From Myxococcaceae bacterium (GTDB lineage: Bacteria > Myxococcota > Myxococcia > Myxococcales > Myxococcaceae), in NCBI GenBank assembly GCA_035622755.1, contig DASPUU010000137.1:3498-67497 (forward strand): DNA of 64,000 bases, given 5' to 3'. Shown here piece by piece: positions 9,368 through 19,127 of the stretch (position 1 is its first letter; every line of letters begins with the position of its first letter). The translations under genes and the position numbers were made by a program. The notes below the pieces were generated by a model that made no database searches, was not told where the DNA came from, and saw only the letters and a list, made by a program, of their open reading frames with translations.

Positions 9368-10855
9368 GTGCGACCCCACCGCCTTCTCCCCGTCCTCGCG
9401 GCGGCGCTGGCCAGTCCCTCGCCCGCGCTCGCCCAAACGCAGGTCGTCACCGTCCTCGCCACCTCCGACGAGAACGGTCAGGTGCTTCCCACCACCGAGG
9501 GCGACGTCCAGAAGGGCGGCGCCGCGCAGATGCTCGGGCGCTGGGTGGCCGAGGACAAGCACTGTCCCGGTCCGGCGGGGAAGGACGGCGCCGCCTCCTG
9601 TCCGGGCGGCCTGACCATCGCCCTCTCCACCGGGGACCACTGGAACGGCTCCTCCCTCTCCACCTTCTTCCAGGGCGAGCCGGTGGCCCAGGCCATGGCC
9701 CGCATGGGCTACGCCGCCTCCGGCTTCGGAAACCACGAGCTCGACTTCGGCAAGGACCAGTTCCTGGTCCTGCGGGACGCGGGCGGGTTCCCCTTCCTCG
9801 CCGCCAACGTCAAGGTGGTGAAGCCGGTGGCCAAGGCCCTGGAGATGCCCCCCTGGCGCATCTTCACCCGGGGGGATGCCCGGGTGGGGGTGGTGGCGCT
9901 GTCCTACGTGCAGGCGGCCAAGGTCACCATGGCCGACCGCTTCTACGGGCTCCAGGTCCTGCCCTACGAGTCGAGCCTCGGCTCGTCGGTGAAGGAGCTG
10001 CGCAAGTCCGGCGCCGACGCGGTGGTGGTGCTCGTCGACGACTGCCCGAGCGCGCTCGAGCCGGTGGTGAAGAAGCATCCGGAATGGGGCCTGGCCCTGG
10101 TCGTCGGCAGCCACTGCCCCAAGCCGATGGAGACGACGGTGGGGACCACCCCGCTCATCAATCCCGGTCGCCGCCTCGAGGCCTACGTCCGTGCCCGGCT
10201 CACCTTCGACACGTCCAAGCCGACCGGCCAGCGCCTCACCGGAGTGGAGGCCAAGACGGTGCAGGTCCTGAGCGGCCCCTCGGCGCCGCCGCCCGACGCC
10301 GTGCTCCTCGAACAGCTCAAGCCCTGGCTGGTGAAGCACGACGCCGCGCTCGGCGAGCGCATCGGCTTCACCCGCTCCGGCCTCGACGCCGGGTCGGCCG
10401 CCCTCCACACCTGGGTCGCCCGCTCCATCCGCGACATCCTCAAGACCGACGTCTCCATCGTGAACAAGGGAGGCTTCCGCGCCGGTCTGCCGGCCGGGCC
10501 CATCACCCGCGGCTCGGTCTACTCGGTCCTGCCCTTCGACAACTCGCTCCTCACCTTCAAGCTCAAGGGCGACGCCCTGGTGCGGGCGCTGAACAACCCG
10601 GCGGCTGTCCCTGCCGGGGTGTCCCGCGCCGGGGACGGGTGGAAGGACTCCCAGAACCGGCCCATCGTTCCGAGCGGGATCTACTCGGTGGCCTCGGTGG
10701 AGTACCTCTACTTCGGGGGGGACGGCTTCGACTTCGAGAAGCAGGACCCGCTCGCCGGGGAGACGGGCATGGTGTGGCAGACGGCGGTGGTGGACTGGAC
10801 CCGCCGGCTGTCCACCAGCGAGGCCCGGCCGCTGGAGAGCTTCCTCCAGCACTAG
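9368..10855 (+). CDS. secreted 5'-nucleotidase/metallophosphoesterase family protein (UshA-like)
   Basis: Signal peptide; GD (STGDHWNG) and GNHELDFG phosphoesterase motifs; C-terminal 5'-nucleotidase-like domain. The first metal motif reads SDENG rather than D-x-H-G (His replaced by Asn). Confidence 0.7.
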   Translation: MRPHRLLPVLAAALASPSPALAQTQVVTVLATSDENGQVLPTTEGDVQKGGAAQMLGRWVAEDKHCPGPAGKDGAASCPGGLTIALSTGDHWNGSSLSTFFQGEPVAQAMARMGYAASGFGNHELDFGKDQFLVLRDAGGFPFLAANVKVVKPVAKALEMPPWRIFTRGDARVGVVALSYVQAAKVTMADRFYGLQVLPYESSLGSSVKELRKSGADAVVVLVDDCPSALEPVVKKHPEWGLALVVGSHCPKPMETTVGTTPLINPGRRLEAYVRARLTFDTSKPTGQRLTGVEAKTVQVLSGPSAPPPDAVLLEQLKPWLVKHDAALGERIGFTRSGLDAGSAALHTWVARSIRDILKTDVSIVNKGGFRAGLPAGPITRGSVYSVLPFDNSLLTFKLKGDALVRALNNPAAVPAGVSRAGDGWKDSQNRPIVPSGIYSVASVEYLYFGGDGFDFEKQDPLAGETGMVWQTAVVDWTRRLSTSEARPLESFLQH

Positions 10856-10930
10856 CCGGGCGGTCCTCCCACCCATCAGCCGGGCTGCTGGGGGGCCGGG
10901 CGGACCCCCGTTGCACGCCGACCCTCGCCC

Positions 10931-10961
10931 GGGGTGTCATGGGAAGGCGATGTGACACCCC
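10931..10961 (+). promoter_or_regulatory. 9-bp perfect inverted repeat / hairpin upstream of hpf
   Basis: GGGGTGTCA (10931-10939) - 13 nt - TGACACCCC (10953-10961), 25 nt before the hpf ATG. No T-tract. Confidence 0.35.
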
Positions 10962-10985
10962 CCAGCACACGACGAGGTTCGGCCC

Positions 10986-11324
10986 ATGCAGCTGACCATC
11001 ACCTTTCGCAACCTGGAGGCATCGGAGACCCTCAAGGACCACGCGAAGGACCGGGTGGAGCGCGTGACCAGGCACCTCGACGTGGCCGGGATGGCCCACG
11101 TGGTCTTCTCGCTCGAGCGCCACCTGCACTGCGCCGACGTCACCATCCAGGCCGGTCCTCTGCTGCTGCGGGCCAGCCGCGCCTCTCCGGACATGACCAT
11201 CTCGCTCGACCTGGCCTGCGACCGGCTCGAGGAGCAGCTCCGGCGCGAGAAGGACCGGCACAAGCACCACCACGGGCGGGAGTGGGTCCACCACCAGCAC
11301 GACAGCCACGAGTCGGCGGGCTGA
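10986..11324 (+). CDS. hpf: ribosome hibernation promoting factor (sigma-54 modulation protein family, short form)
   Basis: MQLTITFRNLEASETLKDHAKDRVERV... matches the HPF/RaiA fold sequence pattern. His-rich tail. Position next to ptsN. Confidence 0.85.
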   Translation: MQLTITFRNLEASETLKDHAKDRVERVTRHLDVAGMAHVVFSLERHLHCADVTIQAGPLLLRASRASPDMTISLDLACDRLEEQLRREKDRHKHHHGREWVHHQHDSHESAG

Positions 11325-11399
11325 ATCCGGCGGCCGCTCCTCGCGTCTTGCACCCCGGAGCGGAGTCCGAGTATCTGCCTTCCCCGGGGTCCGCACGGA

Positions 11400-11864
11400 A
11401 TGAAGGTCACCGAGTTCCTCAGCCCGAACGCCGTGGTGGCCGAGCTCCGGGGCAGCTCGAAGCACGACGTGCTGCGCGAGCTGGCCGAGCGACTGGCCCA
11501 GGCCTACGGCGGGACGCTGCGCGCGGACCGGGTCCTGGAGGTCCTCGGGGAGCGCGAGAAGCTGGCCTCCACCGGCATCGGGGAGGGGGTGGCCATCCCG
11601 CACGGGAAGATGCCCGGGCTGGACCGCCTCTACGCCGCCTTCGGCGTCTCCCACGCCGGAGTCGACTTCGCCTCCATCGACAAGCGGCCCACCCAGCTCT
11701 TCTTCGCCCTGGTCGCTCCCGAGAACTCGGCCGGGATTCACCTCAAGGCGCTGGCCCGCATCTCCCGGCTCTTCCGGGGGGCGCCGCTGCGCGACTCCAT
11801 CCTCGCCGCCCACGGCGCGGAGGACATCTACCGGCTCATCGCCGAGGAAGACGCCCGGGCGTGA
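11400..11864 (+). CDS. ptsN: PTS-Ntr EIIA component
   Basis: 154 aa. Phosphorylatable His in GIGEGVAIPHGK. Typical EIIA-Ntr length and context (rpoN/hpf neighbourhood). Confidence 0.85.
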   Translation: MKVTEFLSPNAVVAELRGSSKHDVLRELAERLAQAYGGTLRADRVLEVLGEREKLASTGIGEGVAIPHGKMPGLDRLYAAFGVSHAGVDFASIDKRPTQLFFALVAPENSAGIHLKALARISRLFRGAPLRDSILAAHGAEDIYRLIAEEDARA

Positions 11865-11892
11865 GGCCGCCGGACCCGCGCCGGGTCCCCAC

Positions 11893-12744
11893 GTGAACGT
11901 CATCATCCGGCCGGTCAACGACCGCTTCCTGGAAGAGGTCGCCTTTCCCGCCTTCAGCCTCGGGGTGGTCGACGCCGGGGCCGGGCTGGCGCGGCTGCTC
12001 CAGGGCGTCGCCGACCTGCGGACCCGCTGGCTGGTGGAGCGCGTGCTCGAGCGGACGGTGGGAGGGAGCTTCTTCGGGCTCGACGACGACGACTGGCTCG
12101 AGGCGCTCCACCGGGTGCTCTTCGCCGAGTGGCAGCTGGTGGACGAGGGCTGGACCCTGGTGGCCGAGCATCCCGGCTACGCCGGCAACTACGGGCATGC
12201 GCTGCACGCGGCGCTCATGCTCCAGGAGCCCGCCTACCCCTACTGGGACCGGGCCGCCGCCGAGACCTTCCAGAACGACTGGCTGGGGCGGGTCATCCGG
12301 AGCGGGCTGGTGGCGCTGGTGGCCGGCATCTGGGACCCCTTCCCGGCCTTCCCGCCGGACCAGGTGCTGGTGACGGTGGGCCAGTCGACCTACCGCCCGG
12401 TGGACAACGCGGCCGTGGCCGACTGGAGCTTTCGCAGCTCGCACGCGGTGAGCGCCTGGGGGCGGCGCCTCCCCGAGCAGGTGCAGGCGCTGGCGGCGCG
12501 CGAGCAGCGCCGGCTGGGCAAGGTGGAGATTCCCGAGGCGCACGAGCTGGTCGGCCACTGGCTGGGGCGCATCCACGACCCGCCGGCGCTGACCGTGGCC
12601 TTCAGCGGGCTCGGCGCCGACGCCCAGGCCTGGGTGCGCGAGGTGGGCCAGCTGGCGCGGCAGATCCGCGAGGCGTCCCAGAAGGGCTTCGGGCTGACGA
12701 CGCTGCTCACCCGCGAGGGCGGCACCATGGCGCCGCTCGAGTAG
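11893..12744 (+). CDS. hypothetical protein
   Basis: Track ORF 11893..12744 (GTG start, 283 aa). Protein-like composition, no motif recognised. Confidence 0.5.
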   Translation: MNVIIRPVNDRFLEEVAFPAFSLGVVDAGAGLARLLQGVADLRTRWLVERVLERTVGGSFFGLDDDDWLEALHRVLFAEWQLVDEGWTLVAEHPGYAGNYGHALHAALMLQEPAYPYWDRAAAETFQNDWLGRVIRSGLVALVAGIWDPFPAFPPDQVLVTVGQSTYRPVDNAAVADWSFRSSHAVSAWGRRLPEQVQALAAREQRRLGKVEIPEAHELVGHWLGRIHDPPALTVAFSGLGADAQAWVREVGQLARQIREASQKGFGLTTLLTREGGTMAPLE

Positions 12745-12759
12745 GGGCCGTGCCTGTGC

Positions 12760-13212
12760 TCACCGCGCCCGCTCGGCGGAGTCGAGGAGCAGCGTCACCG
12801 GCCCGTCGTTGACCAGCGCCACCTGCATCTGGGCGGCGAAGACCCCGAGCTGGACGTGGACGCCGAGCCGCTCCAGCTCCGCCGAGAAGCGCTCGTAGAG
12901 CCTCCTCGCCTCCTCCGGCGGCGCGGCGCCGATGAAGCTCGGCCGCCGCCCCTTGCGCGTGTCGGCGTGCAGGGTGAACTGGCTCACCACCAGCGCCGCG
13001 CGGTGGGTGTCGAGGAGCGAGCGGTTCATCTTCCCGGCGTCGTCCTCGAAGATGCGGAGGCCCGCCACCCGGTCCGCCAACCAGGCGGCATCGGCATCGG
13101 TGTCTCCCTGGCCGACGCCGAGGAGCACGAGCAGTCCGGGGCCAACCGCACCCACCACCTCGCCATCCACCGTCACCCGTGCCTCGGTCACCCGCTGGAG
13201 CAGCGCGCGCAT
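12760..13212 (-). CDS. dtd: D-aminoacyl-tRNA deacylase
   Basis: [25 protein letters not shown]...[16 protein letters not shown]...[10 protein letters not shown] pattern. 150 aa from ATG at 13212 inside track ORF 12760..13353. Confidence 0.9.
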   Translation of the reverse strand: MRALLQRVTEARVTVDGEVVGAVGPGLLVLLGVGQGDTDADAAWLADRVAGLRIFEDDAGKMNRSLLDTHRAALVVSQFTLHADTRKGRRPSFIGAAPPEEARRLYERFSAELERLGVHVQLGVFAAQMQVALVNDGPVTLLLDSAERAR

Positions 13213-13370
13213 GTCTCCCCCGGGAGACAAGCCCACGCCGACGCGCGGTGTCACGCAAGAAGAGAGCCTCCCGCCGGGTGCTCGCTGGCACGCCGGCGCG
13301 CCGGAAGAACGGGCCCTCTCCTGGCGTTGCCGGGGAAGTTCAACAAAGAGCACCCCAGGAGGCCTTGCCC

Positions 13371-13898
13371 ATGTCCAGACACGCTCCCTCGCTTCCTCTC
13401 CTCGCCGCCCCGCTCGCGCTCCTCGCCGCCGCCTGCGCCCACGAGGAGAAGCAGGTCCAGGCGCCGGCGCCTCCGCCTCCCATCGTCGCCCAGGCCCAGC
13501 CGGCCCCGGCCGAGGCCAGCCCGGGGGAGGTCGCCGACACGGCCGCGCTGAAGCAGCTCCTCAGCGGCCCCATCGCCTACTTCGACTTCGACAGGACCGA
13601 CCTCACCCCGGATGACCGGGCGAACCTCCAGGCCCTGGCGCAGGCGCTCCGTGCCCACCCCGGCGCCCGCATCCGCATCGCCGGGAACACCGACGAGATT
13701 GGCACCGAGGAGTACAACATGGCGCTCGGCCAGCGCCGGGCCGACGTCGCCCGCACCTACCTCATCACCCTCGGCATCACTCCGGGCCGCATCGACACGG
13801 TGAGCTACGGCGAGAACCGCCCGGCCGTCCCGGGCGGCGACGCCGCTGCCCGGGCGAAGAATCGCCGGGACGAGGCCGAGCCCATCTCGTCGCGCTGA
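13371..13898 (+). CDS. OmpA-family peptidoglycan-associated lipoprotein (Pal-like)
   Basis: AGGAGG 9 nt before ATG 13371. Lipobox LLAAAC. OmpA_C motif [19 protein letters not shown]...VSYGE. Confidence 0.8.
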   Translation: MSRHAPSLPLLAAPLALLAAACAHEEKQVQAPAPPPPIVAQAQPAPAEASPGEVADTAALKQLLSGPIAYFDFDRTDLTPDDRANLQALAQALRAHPGARIRIAGNTDEIGTEEYNMALGQRRADVARTYLITLGITPGRIDTVSYGENRPAVPGGDAAARAKNRRDEAEPISSR

Positions 13899-13958
13899 AG
13901 TCGCTGGACCACGGGTCGCCGGCGCGGCTAGACCTCGCGCTCCGACAGGGTCTCGCCG

Positions 13959-15290
13959 ATGCCGGACGCCCGCCCGCAGCCCAGGCTCTTCCGGGCGCTC
14001 GTCGCCCCCTTCCAGGCCTTCCTGCGCACCGAGGCCAAGGGGGGCATCCTGCTCCTGCTCGCCGCGCTGGTGGCCCTGGCCCTGGCCAATTCGCCCTGGC
14101 ACGAGCTCTGGCACGACCTGTGGGAGCTTCCGCTGCGCGTCGGACCCTCCGGCCTCGCCGTGGAGGGCACGCTGCACTTCGTCATCAACGACGTGGCGAT
14201 GGCCATCTTCTTCTTCGTCGTCGGCCTGGAGATCAAGCGCGAGCTCGTCCGCGGGGAGCTCCGGACCCCTTCCCAGGCGCTGCTCCCGGCCATCGCCGCC
14301 GTGGGCGGGACGGCCGTCCCGGCCCTGCTCTACCTGGCCATCCAGCGCGGCGGTGACGGGGCCCGGGGCTGGGCCATCCCCATGGCCACCGACATCGCCT
14401 TCTCCATCGGCTGCCTGGCCTTGCTCGGCCCGCGCGTGCCGCACGGTCTCAGGGTCTTTCTCACCGCCCTGGCCATCTTCGACGACATCGCCGGGATCCT
14501 CGTCATCGCCCTCTTCTACGGCTCGGGCATCCAGCCGCTGGGCCTGGTCCTTGTCGTCCTGGCCGCGGCCTTCGGGCTCGTCCTCAACCGCCTCCGGGTC
14601 CAGTCGGCCGGCCCGTACCTGGCCGCCGGCGCCGCCCTGTGGTTCGCCTTCCACTCCGCCGGGCTCCACGCCACGCTGGCCGGGGTGGTCCTCGGGCTCC
14701 TCGTCCCGGCGCACAGCCGGCGCACCCCGGACGAGGTCTTCGCCGACCTCAAGACCGCGCTCGACGATGCCATGGCCCGCGGGGTGCGCCCGACCGCCGA
14801 CCAGATCGCCTCGGTGGGCCGAGCCCTGGCGGACGTCTCGACGCCGCTCGACCGGTTCGAGTACGCGGTCCACCCCTTCGTCGCCTACGGGGTGATGCCC
14901 CTCTTCGCCCTGGCCAACTCGGGCGTCCACCTGGGTTCGCTCTCGCTCGACGTCCTCCTCACCCCGGTCTTCCTGGGGACGGCGGCCGGCCTCTTCCTCG
15001 GCAAGACGGTGGGCATCTTCGCCTTCACCCGAGCGGCGGTGGCCTCCGGCCTGGCCAGGGTCCCCTCGGACGCCCCCTGGTCCCAGGTGCTGGGCGTCTC
15101 GGCGGTGGCGGGCATCGGCTTCACCGTCGCCCTGTTCATCGCCAACCTCGCCTTCGCCGGCGCGCCGCTCCTCCTCGACGAGGCGCGGCTCGGCATCCTG
15201 GTCGGGTCGGCGGTGTCGGGGACGGTGGGCGTGACTCTCCTGCGCCTCGGGTCCGCCCGGGCGCCCGCCCCGGAAGCGGCGGCGGCCTGA
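13959..15290 (+). CDS. nhaA: Na+/H+ antiporter NhaA
   Basis: 443 aa. NhaA signature stretches (FFFVVGLEIKRELV.GEL, WAIPMATDIAF, LTALAIFDDI). Confidence 0.9.
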   Translation: MPDARPQPRLFRALVAPFQAFLRTEAKGGILLLLAALVALALANSPWHELWHDLWELPLRVGPSGLAVEGTLHFVINDVAMAIFFFVVGLEIKRELVRGELRTPSQALLPAIAAVGGTAVPALLYLAIQRGGDGARGWAIPMATDIAFSIGCLALLGPRVPHGLRVFLTALAIFDDIAGILVIALFYGSGIQPLGLVLVVLAAAFGLVLNRLRVQSAGPYLAAGAALWFAFHSAGLHATLAGVVLGLLVPAHSRRTPDEVFADLKTALDDAMARGVRPTADQIASVGRALADVSTPLDRFEYAVHPFVAYGVMPLFALANSGVHLGSLSLDVLLTPVFLGTAAGLFLGKTVGIFAFTRAAVASGLARVPSDAPWSQVLGVSAVAGIGFTVALFIANLAFAGAPLLLDEARLGILVGSAVSGTVGVTLLRLGSARAPAPEAAAA

Positions 15291-15347
15291 CCCCCCTGGA
15301 GCACGGCTTGCGGCCGGCGCTCGCGGCGCGCGATCATCGTCGGCGTC

Positions 15348-17531
15348 TTGCCGCCTCACCGCGCCGTGCTCGTCCTCGCTCTCGCCCTGGCCACGGGCGC
15401 GGCCGCCGCACCGGCCGGAACCCGCGAGCGCGACCACGAGATGCTCCGCGAGGTGGTGGCGGAGATCTCCGCCCGCGCCCCGCTGGGCAGCGCCCGCCTC
15501 GGCATCCAGGTGGTCAGCCTGGCCGACGGCTCGGTCCTCTTCGCCCGGAATGCCGACGACCTGCTCAACCCGGCCTCGAACGTGAAGCTGGTCACCGCGG
15601 CGGCGGCCCTGGCCCGGCTCGGGCCGGACTATCGCTTCGAGACCGAGTTCTTCCTCGAGGGCGCCGGGTCCGAACGACCCCGCCTCCTCGTCCGCGGCAA
15701 GGGCGACCCCTCGATGACCACCGAGCGGCTCTACCAGGTGGTGAGCGAGCTCAAGCACCTCGGGCTGCACGACGTCTCGGACATCGTCCTCGACGACACC
15801 TTCTTCGACACCGAGCGGCTGGCGCCGGGCTTCGAGCAGGAGACCACCGACCGGCCCTACACCGCGCCCACCGGGGCGCTCAGCCTCAACCTGAACGCCG
15901 TCGGCATCCACGTCCGGTCGGTGGGCGCCGGCCTCCGGCCGGTGGTCGAGGTCGACCCGCCGAGCGACTTCTTCACCGTGCTCAACGCGGCGGTGGGGAC
16001 CTCGAGCCGGGCCCGGCGCTCGTCCGTCTCCTCGCTGCCCGACGGCGAGCGGCAGCGCATCGTGGTCCGGGGCACCGTCCCGGCGTCGGGGGAGTTCGCC
16101 GTCTGGAAGCGCGTCGACCAGCCGCCGTTCTACTTCGGCCAGACGCTGCGGATGCTCCTCGAGCAGCGGGGGATCCACGTGCGGGGCAAGGTCAGGCTGG
16201 GCGCCGTCCCGGACCACCTCCGGCCGTTCTACGTCGCTCAGAGCGAGACGCTGGACATGGTCCTCAAGCGAATGAACAAGAGCTCGAGCAACTTCGTCGC
16301 CGAGCAGTTGCTCAAGACGATGGGCGCCGAGGCCAGGGGCGTACCGGGGACCACCGCCAAGGGCGTCCAGGCCACCGAGGAGTTCCTCGAGCGGGAGGTG
16401 GGCATCCGGCGCGGCTCCTACGTCTTCAAGAACGGGTCCGGCATCAACGACACCAACCGGTTCAGCGCCGCCCAGCTCACCCGCCTGGTGAAGACCATGG
16501 CCGAGCGGTTCGCCCTCGCCCCGGAGTACCTCTCCAGCGTTCCCATCGGAGGCAAGGACGGCACGCTCAAGTGGCGCTTCGAGGGAACCGAGGCCGCCGG
16601 CCGGCTCCGGGCCAAGACCGGGACCCTGGAGAACGTCTCCGCCCTGAGCGGCGTGGTCCAGAGCGCGGGCGGGGAGGCCTTCGCCTTCAGCATCCTGGTG
16701 AACGACTTCCCCGGGCGCACCGCTCCGGTCGTCCAGGCCATCGATGCCCTGGGAGCGGCGCTGGCCGGGGCCGGCGCGCCGGGCGGTCCGGGCGCGGCCC
16801 TGGCCTCGCTCCGTCCGCCCGTCTCCGAGCCGTCGCCGGCGGAGGAGGCCCGCGCCCGCCTGGCCACCTATCTCCAGCTCGGACGCGCCGCGGATCGCCG
16901 CAACGTCGCCTTCCTGCGCACCGCCTGGCGCAACGAGAAGGACCCGGCCGTGCGGGCGGTGGTGGCCGATGCCATCTACCAGTCCAATCCCTCCGACTAC
17001 CTCGGCGCCCGGGCGCTGCTCGACAGCTTCAGCGCCTCGGACGACGTCTACCTCCGGCTGCGCCAGCTGGCCCGGAGCTCGGGCATCGACACCCCGTGCG
17101 TCTCGTCGCTGGTGACGCTGGCCGCCGAGGGCAACGCCGAGGCCCTGGGCCGCCTCCTCGAGCTCCCCCGGGCCGCCGCCTCCGACGAGCCGGCGCGGAG
17201 CGACCTGGCGGTGGCCCTGTCCGAGGTCTCGCGCACCGCGCCGGAGGAGCTGGTGCAGGCGCTCCAGGCCGCGGCGCCGGCCGACCGCGAGGCGGCGCTT
17301 CCCCTGCTCGCCCGCGGCATCGAGCGCGAGCGTGACGCGGACCATCCCTTCTGGCCGGCGGTGCGCCGGTTGATGGCCGGCGCCGAGCCGTCCCGCGCGG
17401 CCTTCGCCCGCGAGCTGGAGACGGCGCTGAGCCAGCGCATCGCCCAGGACCGCGCCCCGGCCGCGCCCCCCTCCCTGGGCCCGCGGCCGCCGCCGCCTGC
17501 CGAGGTCTCGCCCGAGCGGCCAGGCGGCTGA
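15348..17531 (+). CDS. dacB: D-alanyl-D-alanine carboxypeptidase/endopeptidase (PBP4, peptidase S13) with ~250-aa helical C-terminal extension
   Basis: TTG start; signal peptide; SxxK (PASNVKL), SSN, KTG (AKTGTL) motifs. Residues after ~480 are an extra alpha-helical, HEAT-like region ([16 protein letters not shown]...). Confidence 0.8.
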   Translation: MPPHRAVLVLALALATGAAAAPAGTRERDHEMLREVVAEISARAPLGSARLGIQVVSLADGSVLFARNADDLLNPASNVKLVTAAAALARLGPDYRFETEFFLEGAGSERPRLLVRGKGDPSMTTERLYQVVSELKHLGLHDVSDIVLDDTFFDTERLAPGFEQETTDRPYTAPTGALSLNLNAVGIHVRSVGAGLRPVVEVDPPSDFFTVLNAAVGTSSRARRSSVSSLPDGERQRIVVRGTVPASGEFAVWKRVDQPPFYFGQTLRMLLEQRGIHVRGKVRLGAVPDHLRPFYVAQSETLDMVLKRMNKSSSNFVAEQLLKTMGAEARGVPGTTAKGVQATEEFLEREVGIRRGSYVFKNGSGINDTNRFSAAQLTRLVKTMAERFALAPEYLSSVPIGGKDGTLKWRFEGTEAAGRLRAKTGTLENVSALSGVVQSAGGEAFAFSILVNDFPGRTAPVVQAIDALGAALAGAGAPGGPGAALASLRPPVSEPSPAEEARARLATYLQLGRAADRRNVAFLRTAWRNEKDPAVRAVVADAIYQSNPSDYLGARALLDSFSASDDVYLRLRQLARSSGIDTPCVSSLVTLAAEGNAEALGRLLELPRAAASDEPARSDLAVALSEVSRTAPEELVQALQAAAPADREAALPLLARGIERERDADHPFWPAVRRLMAGAEPSRAAFARELETALSQRIAQDRAPAAPPSLGPRPPPPAEVSPERPGG

Positions 17532-17650
17532 TCCGGGGCTCCGGGGGAGGGCGCGCGCTGATCCCCGCGCGCCTGTCAGCCGCCTCTGCTACGAACCTTG
17601 CGCGTCACCGGTCCGCAACGGTCCGGTGCTCGAAAGGAAGGTCAAGCAAC

Positions 17651-18121
<471 letters not shown>

Positions 18122-18142
18122 CCGCCTGGCGAGGCCCGGGGC

Positions 18143-18478
18143 ATGAGCCCCATCCGCACCGACTGGCTGGAGCGTCTCATCCAGCAGCTGGCCCAGGTCC
18201 TCGCCCGCGCGCTCGGGCTGCGGGCGCGAGGCGAGGAGGAGCAGGCGCTGGAAGAGATTCACCGGGCCACCGCCGAGCTCCTCGGCATCCCGCGCGCGAT
18301 GCTGCTCTCGCTCGACCCCCGGTCGGCGCTCGAGGCGCTCGGCCAGCCGCGGCTGCGCACCGCGGCGCTGCGGCTCCTCGACGAGGAGGAGTCCATCCTG
18401 CGCGGCCAGGGGAAGCTGGCCGAGGCCGATGCGCTCGCCGCCTGGCTCGCCCGGGTGCGCGAGGGCGCCGCTGGCTAG
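18143..18478 (+). CDS. hypothetical helical protein
   Basis: Track ORF 18143..18478 (111 aa), tightly spaced after ssb. No motif recognised. Confidence 0.45.
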   Translation: MSPIRTDWLERLIQQLAQVLARALGLRARGEEEQALEEIHRATAELLGIPRAMLLSLDPRSALEALGQPRLRTAALRLLDEEESILRGQGKLAEADALAAWLARVREGAAG

Positions 18479-18494
18479 TCTAGGCTTCTCGCCC

Positions 18495-19127
18495 ATGCCG
18501 TCCCGACCCTCCCGGCGACCGCGTCGCGACGACCTCGCCTTCGCCGACCCGGTCGCTCCCCAGTCCGAGGTGCCGCGTGCGGGCCTGGGCACGGACCGCT
18601 CCCGCCCCGGAGAGGTCGGGGTCGAGGAGCTGTCCTGGGCGCGGTTCGACGGTCTGGTCCAGGCCCTCGCCCGGCGCATTCGCCGGCGCTTCGCCCCGGA
18701 GGCGGTGGTCGGGGTCGCCCACGGCGGCGTCTTCGTGGGGGGAGCGATGGCCTCGGCGCTGGGCGCCGACTTCTTCCCGGTGCGCATCAGCCGCCGCAGC
18801 CGCACCGCCGCCCAGCCGCGCCGGAGCCCGCGCCTCGTCGGCAGCATGCCGCGGGAGCTGAAGGGCCGGCGCGTCCTGCTCGTCGACGACGTGGCCGCCA
18901 GCGGCGAGACGCTGAAGCTCGCCCGGAAGCTGGCCGCGCGGACCGGCGCGCGCGGGCTCTTCACCGCCACCCTGGTCGCCCGCCCGGGAGGTTACGCCCC
19001 CACCTGGTCGGCCCTGGAGAGCGACGCCCTCTTCGTCTTTCCCTGGGACTACGCCGCCGTCACCGAGGACGAGCGCTTCGACGCCGCCCGGGCTCCGGTC
19101 CCGGCCCGCCCGCGGAGGCGGGGATGA
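18495..19127 (+). CDS. phosphoribosyltransferase family protein
   Basis: PRPP-binding motif [14 protein letters not shown]. Start at ATG 18495 inside track ORF 18429..19127. Stop overlaps selB start (ATGA 19124-19127). Confidence 0.65.
   Translation: MPSRPSRRPRRDDLAFADPVAPQSEVPRAGLGTDRSRPGEVGVEELSWARFDGLVQALARRIRRRFAPEAVVGVAHGGVFVGGAMASALGADFFPVRISRRSRTAAQPRRSPRLVGSMPRELKGRRVLLVDDVAASGETLKLARKLAARTGARGLFTATLVARPGGYAPTWSALESDALFVFPWDYAAVTEDERFDAARAPVPARPRRRG

Noticed and set aside
13286-13301. TGGCACGCCGGCGCGC upstream of the Pal-like gene.
   Set aside because: The -12 GC is displaced by one base relative to the strict GG-N10-GC spacing, and the rest of the -12 region does not match TTGCW.
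13251-17345. Very long track ORFs antisense to annotated genes (for example 13251..17345 -, 7291..9462 -, 21584..25867 +, 39232..41340 -, 53837..57604 -).
   Set aside because: Their translations are Arg/Gly/Pro/Ala low-complexity strings with no motifs. The opposite-strand or other-frame ORFs carry unmistakable family signatures (nhaA, dacB, rpoN, M56, kinases, pyc). Long stop-free antisense frames are expected in very GC-rich DNA.
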